From assembly GCA_964035575.1 (NCBI GenBank), contig OZ037834.1:1736001-1800000 (forward strand): a stretch of DNA of 64,000 nucleotides, written 5' to 3'. The notes under the pieces were generated by a model that had not been told where the DNA came from, made no database searches, and saw only the letters and a list, made by a program, of their open reading frames with translations. Every line of letters starts with the position of its first letter. Within the stretch, counting starts at the first letter, position 1. Below are positions 11,482 through 23,291 of this stretch, one piece after another. This stretch comes from Rhynchopus sp. YZ270_cl-10 (lineage: Eukaryota). The position numbers and the translations under genes are program-made.

Positions 11482-11640
11482 TCAAAAGCCAGTACATGTC
11501 GGGGTGTCGAGGTCCGTGTCAATACAAAGCGGACCAAGTCGCTCGAGGTTTGAAAACCGCAAGAACTCGTCCCATTTCTTCTTGTACACCTCCTTGCTTC
11601 TCATACCCGCTGAGACTTGGTATCCGTAAGTGTCATACAT
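11482..11640 (-). pseudogene. Second, frameshifted homolog of the same recombinase-like N-terminus
   Basis: Manual translation MYDTYGYQVSAGMRSKEVYKKKWDEFLRFSNLERL, then TPRHVLAF in another frame. Confidence 0.45.
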
Positions 11641-13632
11641 CCTGTCCTTCTTCGTTTTGGCAGTGTTTGAGGGGAGCGATGAAAAAGTTCTTTTTTTTAC
11701 TGAGTGATTTTTTTAACCAAAAGAAAACCGACGCAGGAGCTTTTCTGGAACTGTTTTATTCTCCCCACCCCAACAACATCACATTTCAGAAAAACATTGT
11801 TTTTTCGTTTTTGTTCACTTTCTTTTCTTCTCCCTCACACCTGTTTGCTGTGAATTAAATTTTTTCGTTTCGGCCTGGTCGCAAACGCGAGTTTTCCTGG
11901 AAGCGCAGGAAAAATGACTGGGGAGTGTTGGTGGCTCCGTGACGCCACAGAGCCGGCACACTCGTTGAGTGCCTCACAAAACCTCAAATTTATTCCGCTT
12001 TGATTTCATTTATTGTCTTCACGCTTTATCGTTGTTGTTGGGTTGGGAAATAATATTTCATTCTCCCATACATTCTCGGTTACAATTGAGTGACAAAGGG
12101 CACATTATCACCCACCTTTGTGGGAATTCACAAAATTACACGAGTTTTATCCCCTTTTTTTACCACATTAACCTCACCTTTCCCGATAACTGCGTTTCTA
12201 CACCATACATTTCATTCATTAATCACACTCCACATTTACACTCATCACAGGATCGTGAAATCTGAACTGCATCTGCGATTGTGATGAGAAGCCTCGCCGC
12301 GTCTCCGACATTCAGCAACTCAAAATCCAAAGAGTATCACCCGCATCAATCCATTCTGAGTTTGCGGACTAAGATCTGGGGTGGAAGGGGGATGGGTACA
12401 CTTTGTCAGTCACTGCTATTGCCATTTAACCCAGGGAGCATAGCTAGTGCAAGAAATTCGACTTTGGAAACCTTCCGGAAAGTCTGTCCTCTGCTTGCGG
12501 AGGACGAGGCACAAGAAAATATTGCGTTCCCCCAGAAAACCAGTGCACATTTCACACTCCTTGTGGGTGGTCTTGTTGCCTTTTTGTCACAGTAATTTTG
12601 GCCCAGGCATGCTCTTGAAGCATGACAATTTAGTGTGTATGGGGCAGGGTGTTGTTTTGTTCTGAATTCTCTTTGTTATAACATCTAAGTCAATCGCGGG
12701 TGGTGGTTTGTGTAGCGTGAGGCACTCTTTTTAACAAACTTCCTGCGGCTGCTAAAGCGTTATTTCTTCGGATTTAACAACGTACAGCGTAACATAGTGG
12801 ATTCGCCTGGTCGACACAACCTTTGATAGATATGGGATAACCAACCCCCTTCGACCCCTCGTGGGTTCACTAAACAAGCCCTCGTGGTAGTTAAACGCGA
12901 TTGACATTTACATTCCTAGAGATGAAAGAACAAGACAACACTTCTGTACCCGCGCATCAAAATTGTGGAAAACTTTGCACCCCAAACACCCTCAACAACG
13001 CCCGCCAAAAGGCGCCCCTTGTTGCTGGGAGTTGGTTCTCATGTTTGATACCTGCACAGCGGGCATTCCTCTGAGTCCAACGCATGTTTGGCCTGTCTGC
13101 GGCGTTGTACTTCAGGTGCACGAAGACAGGGTCTGGTGGTAAATTTTGCGTAGTGTCGCATTCCCTCATGTGTGGGTCACTCACACTTGGCGGTCATGTG
13201 CCACTGCGTGGGTCTGGGAATTTGGGTACCTGGGTACAGGAAATTTGTTGTGGAAGACATCAACCACCATGCATTGAGGAGGGTAAGACAGTGTTCGCAG
13301 TTTCTACCTGATAGCATTACAACATTTAACTTCTCCACGGGGGTCTTGGGCCGTTCACTCGGTTCTACCTTGACTACCGGAAGATATTCTTGAGGCCTTT
13401 CTGGTCTCTAGAATATCCGGTCTTCCCGAACGGAGGCACACTTTGTGTGTTACTACGACCTGGCAATTTCCAGCAGTAGGTTAAGTAATCTTTCTTGTAA
13501 ATTGTTGGATCATTATCTCCTCAGTGCATGAATGCCCCACGTGACTGGACACTTTTGTGTTTGTCATGTGGAGCTGTGGTTGCTCTTTCACGACTTTTTT
13601 CCTGTTCCTGGGTACCTGTTCCTGGACCTGGA

Positions 13633-14014
13633 CCTGGGTACCTGGGTACCTGGGTACCTGGGTACCTGGGTACCTGGGTACCTGGGTACCTGGGTACCTG
13701 GGTACCTGGGTACCTGGGTACCTGGGTACCTGGGTACCTGGGTACCTGGGTACCTGGGTACCTGGGTACCTGGGTACCTGGGTACCTGGGTACCTGGGTA
13801 CCTGGGTACCTGGGTACCTGGGTACCTGGGTACCTGGGTACCTGGGTACCTGGGTACCTGGGTACCTGGGTACCTGGGTACCTGGGTACCTGGGTACCTG
13901 GGTACCTGGGTACCTGGGTACCTGGGTACCTGGGTACCTGGGTACCTGGGTACCTGGGTACCTGGGTACCTGGGTACCTGGGCACCTGGGTACCTGGGCA
14001 CCTGGGCACCTGGG
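13633..14014 (+). repeat. 8-bp tandem repeat (CCTGGGTA)n
   Basis: Read directly from the sequence. Confidence 0.98.
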
Positions 14015-15599
14015 TGTGCCTGTCGGACCCCTGAGTCCGACTGTCGGACTCAGGGGGTCCGACTGTCGGACCCCCTCGGACTCCGACAAAAGGGTCCGAC
14101 ATTTCCAGGACAGACTGCACCGTGCAGGCCAAAAAAATATTTTCCCCCCGTTGAAAGCGGTCGTCGCGCGCTTCGCGCGCGCCTCCCTGCCAACCACAGA
14201 GGGTATTATATAGCCCCCCTAGCCTCCACCAAAAAGGTGGTTTTGTGTGAGGCAGTCATTTTTTTCTGTGCGGAAAACTCAGCGGAAAAATTCTCGGCAT
14301 TTTGTGATGCACGGCCAACCTACACCACCCCAACCCTTCTCTGCGGGAAAGCTTCCCTCCTCTGTGCCTTGGTAGATTTCAGCCACTGGTAATCCGCAAT
14401 CCGTAGTGGGTGTCCGCCTTCTTATCAGTAACCTTAGTAAATTTATAAAAGAAATGGTGGCTATGGACTAACCAAAGGTTAGTCAGGTAACCAAAGGTTC
14501 CTGGCGAAGCCACGGTACGCAACATTTCAAAAATCGTGCTTAAAATTGCACTATTTTACAGCCAAACTATGTCATGGGAAGGGTGGGTTGCAAGCTTGCG
14601 CCGCAGGCGCACGGTACGCTACTTTTATGATTTTGCCAGATCCTTTTTCTCAAAAAATGACGGCAGGAAACGGCGTTTTGTCGCGTTGAAAACGCCGTTT
14701 TCTCGGGGGGAACAGCGCTTCGCCAATTTTGAAAACGGCGTTTTTTTAAAAGGCAAAACGGCGAAACGGCGTTCTCAAAAAAATTTTTTTTTGTGATTTT
14801 GGCCAAAAAGGCAAAACGGCGAAACGGCACTTAGCAATATGCCTGATCCTGGGGACGTTTTTTTTTTTTTTCTATACCTTGGAAAAAAAAGACCCCATCA
14901 GTTGGTCATCAGAAAAAGAAAAATGTGATGGACAGTTTCAACAAGCATTTCCCTTCCCGACTACCATTTTTTGAGGTACACTGTCACGAGCGGGCTTTTG
15001 TATTTCAAGTCTGGTTGTTTTGTTTGGTGAACTTAGCACAGCAAAGGTTCGGTTCATCTTCCCCTTTTTTTTACCAAACCTTCCCTTTTTTTCATGCGAC
15101 CCAAGCAAACGCAAGGCTTAGAGTCTCATCATCACAACTTTTCTCTTTTCCTTTACCGCTCCCCCTTTCCCTTCCCTTCCCCTTCCTTCAAAAAAAGCGC
15201 GGAGATCACACGAGAAAAAAAAAACGAGGTGACTGCACTGGTGCTTTCGGAAATCGGTCAACGACCTGTCAATATCGACCCCTCCCGGAGCTCCATACAC
15301 GTTATCAATTTTTCAAAAAGAAAAACGAAGAAGAAAAAAAAAGAGCAAAACTAAAACGCATTTTTGTTCCCTTGTCGCACCTTTTTACAAAGGTGAAGCA
15401 TATTTATGCATCTCTCATCTTTTCAACTTTTCTTTTCTTTTTCTCCAATATTTTTGTACATTCAATTTTGACAACAGAAAAGGAAAACGCCAGGGCGTAG
15501 TACTGTGGTTTTATTGTTGTATTTTGTTCTCTTTTCCCCTTCCAATTCCACCAATTTTACTTCGAAAATCAATGAAAAATATAGAGCACTTCAGGCCAG

Positions 15600-15737
15600 T
15601 ATGTCGACAGCAATATGGGGTAGTACGAGAGGAACTCCCATTTCTCCCTGGTATCTACGGTTGTCCGATCGGACAGTGCCGTGATGCTACCACTGGAATG
15701 GATTATGGCTGAACGCCTCTAAGCCAGAACCCAGTCT
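15600..15737 (+). rRNA. Isolated LSU (28S) rRNA 3'-domain fragment including the sarcin-ricin loop, probably a pseudogene
   Basis: AGTACGAGAGGAAC (15622-15635) and GATTATGGCTGAACGCCTCTAAGCCAGAA (15701-15729) occur in canonical order. No rDNA context on either side. Confidence 0.85.
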
Positions 15738-16436
15738 CGTCCTCCCACGCAACTCACAATGGGGAACGCAAAAAAAAAAACACAAAAATTCTTATCAAAG
15801 AGAAAAAGAGAGTACTGTATTCGTACAAATTATCGATCGTAATAATGTTCGACCTTTCAAGATTTTTATGGAAGTTCGACCTTTTTTGCGGAACATTTTT
15901 TTACGAAGACGGTATTACCATCTGAAGACGCATATCAAGACACAGGCAAATGGCCAGCTCTTAGGCACTGCCTATACCTCTGCTTCCAACCCCTCCCACC
16001 CCACCCCTCACAATTCGCGATTCTGTTTTTTTGTTTTGTTTTGTTTTGCTGTTTACACACCAAATCAAATGAAACAGACCGCCCCCCTCTCCTTTTCTCT
16101 CCTATCCCACTGGCACCCTGCAGATCTACGCGGGTCCCGATTTATGCGTTTTTTTTTTTTTTTTCAAAAAAAAACCTTTTTCCCCTTTTCCAAAAAGAAT
16201 TCCATCCCTCATTTTTTTTTTTTTTTTACCTCCCGCCCTCTCTCTCTGTCTTCTTCCCCTCCACCTCCACCACCCCAGGGTGTTACACAAAACAAAACTA
16301 CACCAAAAAACCTACACGAGATAACAGAAAAAAACCCCTTCTCTTTTCTCTTCTCTCATCACCCCCCTCCCTCTTGGGGGGTTTTCATGTCTCGCAAGGT
16401 TAGAACTAGATCTACTCTAGACTTCTTCTGTTTCCC

Positions 16437-19400
16437 ATGCATCTCTTTGCAATAACCTTGTTGTTATATTTCAGCGATTCTGATGCAACAGCAGTGGTGG
16501 TGGGGTCTGATATTATTCGGAGTGAGTACAACCTAGAAGAATATGCAGAAGAAAGGGACAGTGAACACATGCACTTCTGGGACGGCAGATGCAACCCTTT
16601 GAAGTACCGTGACTGGGATTACCTCTCTACGGGGGTCTCCTCCTTGCAAGACGTCGCTTGGGATCGCGATGAAGGGTTCGAACTGACACAACGGGACAGA
16701 AGTATTGCGTCACCACATCTCCGCATGCGTTCTCTCGCTATGGATGAATATGGGGCATCGTGGATTAAATATACGAACGGCCCTTCAACCGATGTGTGGG
16801 TCACCATAAAGGAAAAACTCTCAGAGCTGCATCTGTCCGACTCAGACCAAGGGAGTTTATACTCAAAGCCGTGGTATGAGTTCAGCACCTTTGAGCATTG
16901 GTCGTTCTATAAGAGGGATTTTCCGGAGGTGTCGTTCCCTATTGCGAGGAATGTACGGAGAGCGGCGGATCTATCGTCAGATGGACGGCATTTGATTTTT
17001 ACGCATGAAGTGGCAGTAGGGGAGGAGGATGAGTATGACGCATGGAAGTTCAAGACACCAGCGTTGCAGCGGACCTTTACGCTGATTGACATTCAAAAAA
17101 AGCTGAAAATTGCGTTAGAATCTCCGTGCATCGGCGCAGACACAGAGAACACCAAATACTACATATTATCGCCTGCTGTCGTTGGGGATTGGGTTTTGCT
17201 TGAAAAATGGGATGCTGACGCAAAGGTGCTGAACATCTTACTCTATAATATCGACCGTGGTACACGAAAGGTGGTGACGCATTATGCTGGGTTGAACCAC
17301 GTTATTTTCCAGGCAAATCTTTGGAACGCAACGAATGGGGTAGTGACGGGCACAGCCCCGCATGCCTTTTTTCTTTTTTTGGATGTAGAATTTGCAGGGG
17401 AAACACCGCTGTCGCTAGCTTCTTATGGGGAAGCGGTGTACGGCATTCACCTTGACTGGACGAATGTCAGGCAGGTCTCCATTGTGTACACAGAGCTGCC
17501 TTCGGGGCTTCGGTGCTTTATCCCTGCAGAGGAGTTGGTGCAGATCCTTCATGCTGTGACGTATTCGTATAACGGTGAGTCAGTGGTGCAGTCTGCGACC
17601 TCGAGGAATTTCTCTAGGGTTCTCTCCTCTGTTGGTGCAGGAAATTGGATTTTTTCGATTCTGCATTCTCCAGAAGACCCGCCATTATATACTGTCGCTG
17701 CAACCCAGATTTACTCTGAGGATTGGACAGAAGGGGAACGGCGGGGTTGTCTTGAGTCACCAGAAACGCACGTTGTCGACTCTGTCACCACTGCAGACAC
17801 CGTCACCTTTGTGTCCAGCTTTCACACCGGGGTGGTGATCTCTGTTGGAAAGAACAATACACGGTATCTCATTGGGGAATATACAGACCGAAATGAGGGG
17901 GAAGGGTTTTCTGTATGCCGGCTGTTTGACCCTGCAGAGGAGGGAGAGGTGGGGGAGGCAGTGGTCTTTCATGATGTGGTGCTGTACCAGAGAGAGGACA
18001 ACGGGAGCGTTCGGTTGATGATGGCGGATTTGAACAAGGACAACGATGCGGCGTGGGATATTGTCGATAGGTTTCCTTTGCGCAACCAGTTTGTGAATGA
18101 TACTGACAATGATGGGATAGGTGACGCAGGGGACCTCGTTGAGGTGCATGGACGCTGTACGGACCACCTCCGAACGGACCCCTCAGAGTGTGTCAACGAC
18201 CTGGTGATTCTCTACTCAGCATGGGGTGCGTTCGTTGTTGTCATGGTGTCCGTCTGTCTTGCCGTAGGGTGCTACCGCAAGAAACACCTAGACGATCTCT
18301 ACCTAAAGCGGCAGGCTACTGCGCGTGAATGGATAGATCGGCAGTGGCGTGAGTCTGCACGTCACGACATCCCCGAGCAAGAGCTCTTCACGTTAATGGC
18401 AGAAATAGATGAAAGGATTCAAAGGCAGGAAGGGTTCCGGGTATGTAAAAGGGGGATGTGGGGGGGGAGTGTTTGGAAAAAAGAGTTGGGAAGGAATGAA
18501 CACAGACCGGGGGCAGCTATGCAATTTATCTGGACAAAATTGTTGTAAATAATATTATCTCAAAAAGAAAAACCCATTTCCTTTTGCAGGGAGAATTGGT
18601 CATGCAGTCACTGCTGTTCTTGCTGACGATCATCTCGGTTGGGTTGTGGATTGTGTCGATGTGGCGTTCAAATCCGTCCCTCAAGGTGTGTACTCTGGTT
18701 TTTTTCTTTCTGAAGCCTTGTATTACTGGGGATCCTCAGTAACACTCCTGAGGTCACACCCTTTTCTCCTTTGCCCATCATATGCCACACATTTCGTCAG
18801 TTGCTCAAATAACCACTACATGTTATTGGCTTTAGCAAACCAACACCAAAACCTACAACAGTTTGAACGCACCCTTGCGTGGATAGACTTCTTCACGTCC
18901 ACTGTGTTTCTCATGGATTTGGTGTACCGCTGGTTCTTCCGTATTGAAGGCGAGTATAAATCCTTCAAGGACTACTGCATCAAGAACTGGTACGACTTCC
19001 CAAGCCTCATCTCCGACATCCCGGGACTTACCGGGGCCGGCACACTGAGCATCCTTGTTGTCGCCCGATTGATCCGTGTTTTGCGCATCTTTAAGGTACG
19101 GCCCCTATTGAATCTAACCACACACCATTTCTTCTTGCACAGATGTTCCGTGTCGTCCGCCTATACCACAGGGTGACGCAGCAGCAGGCGATTCTTGCAC
19201 TCATTCTCCGTTACGACACCATGTGGCAGACGGTGTTTGTGTGCGGGTTGATTCTGTCGCTGGGTGTGGTGATCAAGCTTATTGAGCAGAATGAGCAGGC
19301 CGTGTTTGACCCGTATGAGAACGTGTTGTGGTTCTGTGTCGTGACAGTGACCACCATAGGGTATGGGGATATGGTGCCGGAGAACCCTGTTTCACGGATC

Positions 19401-21359
19401 ATCGCCGTCTTCCTTATGGTGTCCGGGATTGGCATCATTGGAGTGCTGACGGCGTCGATGGGCGAGAGTGTGCGCGACTCCGGCATCGACAAGAGCATGC
19501 TGAATGATAAGGTGCGTCGTGTGCAGCAAGGCAAATGGCGGCTTTCCCTAGAAGTCCTGCGGTACTCCGTGCTCTACAACCCGATACTAGCGCTGTTCAA
19601 GCCGTACGAAAGGGGGACCTGCTCGCATCCGCACTGCCTTCGCTCGTCGCGTGTGATCACTGCGGAGGACAGCGTTGTGACGGTGACGTATCAGAACTCG
19701 AGGTACCATGCGTCGTGCTTTCGATGTGCCGACTGTGGGAAGACCCGCACTGAAGCGGACGGTGCGTGCTGGGTGGTGCCTGAATACGCGAAGGCGAACC
19801 AATCTGTGAAGCGCCGTCGCCGCACTGCCTCTGTCCTGGGTGCGGCGTACAAAGACACGGGGAGTGCAACCACGGCGTCTGTGTTCCTCCACAAGCGCTG
19901 CCTCCGGCGTGCACGTGGCGGTGATCACGCCGAGGTCCAGCCCAGCCCCTGCAGCGATAAGTCTGCCATGCGCACCGAAGACGACGCCGCCTCGACCGTG
20001 GACTCCATCATATCCCAAGCAAGCACCCGCGAGTCTGAAGGAGCGATGCTCATCGAGGAGCTCTCCGTGCAGGGCCTCTTCGGCGTAGCTGAGCGCTACA
20101 ACGGTTCCTACACACGGCGGATGGCGGGGAATGAGTTCAGCCCGGTGCTCTTTGACCACGATGTGTCGGGGCTTGCCATTATCACCTACGACGATGGGCA
20201 ATGGCAGCTTTTGTTCCGTCTTTCAGACCAGATTGAGACGTGCGCTGCGTCGTCGAAGTTTTTGGTTGGGGTGTGGGCGACGCCGACGGAACTTTCAAAA
20301 CTGTACGGGACACCTGTTGTGGAGGACGTTGGCTCGCAGCTGCACTACTGGCACGTTGTGTACGACCCGCTGGACATGCCCGTACGCAACCTTGTCATCA
20401 ACTATGCCTCACACCGCACACGGCAACAGTTCTCCAACCTCCTCGAGAGCCTCACCGAGGAGGGCAACGCCTCCCAAGGTGTCTCCATGGGGATGGGCAA
20501 GTTTGGTGCTGCTGTCGACATGCCGCGCCGCTCCACCACCGCAGAGCATATACAGTGCATGGAGCGGCTGCGCTACCAGATCAAGGTCGTCACCGAGCTC
20601 GACGAAAAACGAACAAAACTCCGCACACCGTGCGAGCCCGGCGAGAAGCTGACCCTCCTCCTCCGCACCCACAAGCTCCGAGAGAGCGGCAAGGTGACCA
20701 GCTTCGACCTCATGCGCGACCACCTTGAGTACCTCATCTTCAAGAAGAACGCCACCCGGCCGTGCGGCACGTCCCTCGAAAAGGTCTTCGCCATCCAAGC
20801 CATGCAAGAAGCCTCCCACGCAGGCAACCGATACCGCACCGACGACCAAGGCCTGGCGGCAGAGATGCGGCCATGGGACGAGAACGACCTGGACTGGACG
20901 GACACCGTGGAGTGGACCATGCATGAGGTGGAGCGCTGTCTCTGCGACCACGGTGTGGACCGGCTGCCACAGTACAACAGTGTACGCATCGAGCTCGAGA
21001 ACCTGGTACTGAGTTACGACAGGGTGTTGATGTGCCAGTGGGCGTGGCAGCATTTATCTTGGAAAAACTGGCAAGAAGGTGCGGTACGTCCCCTCAAGCT
21101 GCGTGTACAGCTCACCGACATGCCCGTCCCCCCAGGTGGCCGCACCCAATACGCTCAATACGAGACCTCCCTCCTCGACCCCCTCGCAGACAACCTCGAA
21201 CGCCATCAGCTCGAGACCGGCAAGGAGCTCGCCGCCTCCTCCCTCCTCCACGCAAGCAGCACCAACTCTGCGAACATCCGCCGTGCAAGCTCGATGGAAA
21301 GCGTGATGACAACTGGAATGGACCAGAAATGCACCCCCATGGGAAGAACAAGTTTTTAG
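16437..21359 (+). CDS. Voltage-gated K+ channel with a large ectodomain and LIM-like Zn finger, ~1516 aa; join(16437..18440,18590..18685,18862..19095,19143..21359)
   Basis: Three phase-0 GT-AG introns give a continuous frame. Signal peptide, extra TM helix, S1-S3, S4 ARLIRVLRIFKMFRVVRLYHR, pore VTVTTIGYGD, S6, then CSHPHC...YHASCFRCADCGK...HKRC. Confidence 0.92.
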
Positions 21360-21581
21360 TAGTAGTAAGGGGAGGGGAAAGGAGGAGGAGGAGTCCTGTT
21401 CCAAAAAAAAAAAAACAACCAAAAATATCGCTAGAGGCTAACTTTATAGCAATGAAAAAGTACAGTTTTTTTTCATTTTTTTTACCCCAAAATTCACTAA
21501 AACACTCCTTCCCATGGCACAAAGGTCTTACACAAGAAAAAAAACCTATTATTTCTCAATGCAATAAAAAATTGTACAAAA

Positions 21582-23191
21582 ATGTCTCGAACGGTTGCAG
21601 TGACCCTTGCGGAAGCGAGCTGTACATTCACTCGGGAGACTCCTTTACCTGAGGGGTGTTCCTTCGAGGAGTTCAAGGATGCTGTAGAACGAGCTTTTGA
21701 CCAGCGTTTGCAGCTTTCCTTCGAACGCATCGTGGAGCAACGCGGCCACGCTGCGCTGAGTGCTGGGAAAACTGGACTGAGTGCCGAAGTGGTTGCCTTA
21801 TTAGCGAAATCGCGCCACCCTCGCACCTCCCGCCACGTTGTCGCCCTCACAAACAAAACCTGGGAGACTTTCATCAAAGCGGACGACAAGAAGCCTCTCA
21901 AATGCCGTGCCTGGTCTGTCTTTGCTGGGAATGTACAGCTCTCTGCTGCGACTGAAGGGAAAGACACTATACCACGATTTGTCAGCGGGACGGAAACGTT
22001 GCCGGCAGAGAAGAGGCTGGGAATGCTGCGGAAGCGGCTGACCGCGATGTCCGCACAGCATCGGGCGACGCGGAGTGAGAAGGGGCCGGATCTGTTTCGC
22101 ACCTTATCTCGCGAACAGTGTAATGGAACGGTTGCGCGGTTGTGGCAGCACGCATCGAACAGAAACACCAAGCGTGCTGAAGACGAAAAGCTCGAATCCC
22201 TGCGCCTAGCAGCGAAGCTCCGCCTCCCCCCACGTCGTGTAGAACGCACCCCAGAGGAGGAGGCCATGGTCGACACACTCCTAGACGAGCCTCTCTCAAA
22301 GCGCGGGGCCCTGGCAGAAGAGCTGGACGCCAAGTACGAAAGCCTCGCACCACAGCCAAAAGCAGTCGCGCAGCTCACTCCAGATGAGATGCGGGTACGT
22401 TTTTTTTTCATATACCCCAAAGGTGCACTGTGAGAGGGTTTTTGCATTTAGTAAATTTTTACGATGTGGGTAGATAATTTTGCTTCGTTTCTCGGCGATG
22501 ACCTTTAAATTCAAAAAGGGAAAGTGGGTACATTATGGAAGAATGTGTGTTTTTTTAAAGATAGAGATTGTGGGTAATTTCATTTTCTTCCAAAATAATT
22601 TGTATCATATTATCAGGAAACGGTGACCCGTCTGTACTCCTCGACGGATGCAACGGGGCGCAAGCAGGAAGAGGCACGGCGGCGAATATACGGCGAACCC
22701 CGCCCAGAGAAGAAGCTAGCGAAGGGAGAGTTGGAGACGCGCATCGCAAGCGTATGTAAAACATCAATATCCCCAGGTGATACAACGCAAGACGAGGTTT
22801 ATCTTGTCCACCTTGCTCTCTGCAAATATTGGTTGTATTTCATTGACACCTTTTGTACCTACCACAAATGCACTTTTCTTTTTATAGAAATTTGTTGTAC
22901 ACCAAACTGTATTCTATCACCTTAGAGAACCGGATGTATACACACCTCCGATCTATGTAGGTGCACTGTCCTGAGAAGGGCTTATTTCAAATTAATTTTG
23001 TTCTAAAATATTTTTTTTTGAATACCACCGAACCCTCTGCTTCCCTTCAGCTCTATGATACTGCAATTAAAAAACGCGAGGACAGTATACAGCGGCTTGC
23101 AGGCGCACATTGTGCACCACAGGTGGTGACCAAGAAGATGGCGCCCAAGAAGATCCAGGAGGTGGCCAATCGACTGTCTTCGCGACCGTAA
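21582..23191 (+). CDS. Hypothetical ~362-aa basic helical protein with RL(Y/W/S) repeats; join(21582..22394,22617..22751,23051..23191)
   Basis: GTACGT and GTATGT donors with CAG acceptors keep the frame. Recurrent VARLW/VTRLY/IASLY/ANRLS motif. Confidence 0.8.
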
Positions 23192-23291
23192 GGCCATTTT
23201 TATTATTATTTTGGCACCACAAAATAGGCTTCAATGAAGCAGCTTCAAAGCGTGTCTTCAACCCTTTAGAAAGGGTACCGTATAGCGTAGG

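Larger units (their letters stand above)
8966..14124. mobile_element. CAC-terminated (CACTA/EnSpm-Chapaev-like) non-autonomous element nested in the hAT element
   Basis: 16-bp TIR CACGGTGCGGTCTGTC/GACAGACTGCACCGTG (1 mismatch). CA on both flanks. GTCCGACAGTCGGAC palindromic subterminal clusters at 9011-9099 and 14020-14101. Confidence 0.75.
8897..14845. mobile_element. hAT-type element inflated to ~5.9 kb by nested insertions
   Basis: 15-bp TIR CAGGCATATTGCTAA (8897-8911)/TTAGCAATATGCCTG (14831-14845). 8-bp TSD ATCCTGGG (8889-8896, 14846-14853). AAACGGCG subterminal repeats at ~8936 and 14667-14829. Confidence 0.88.

Noticed and set aside
108..14014. Tandem arrays as CRISPR or telomeric repeats
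   Set aside because: No spacers or cas genes, units are not TTAGGG-like, and the arrays are internal to TIR elements.
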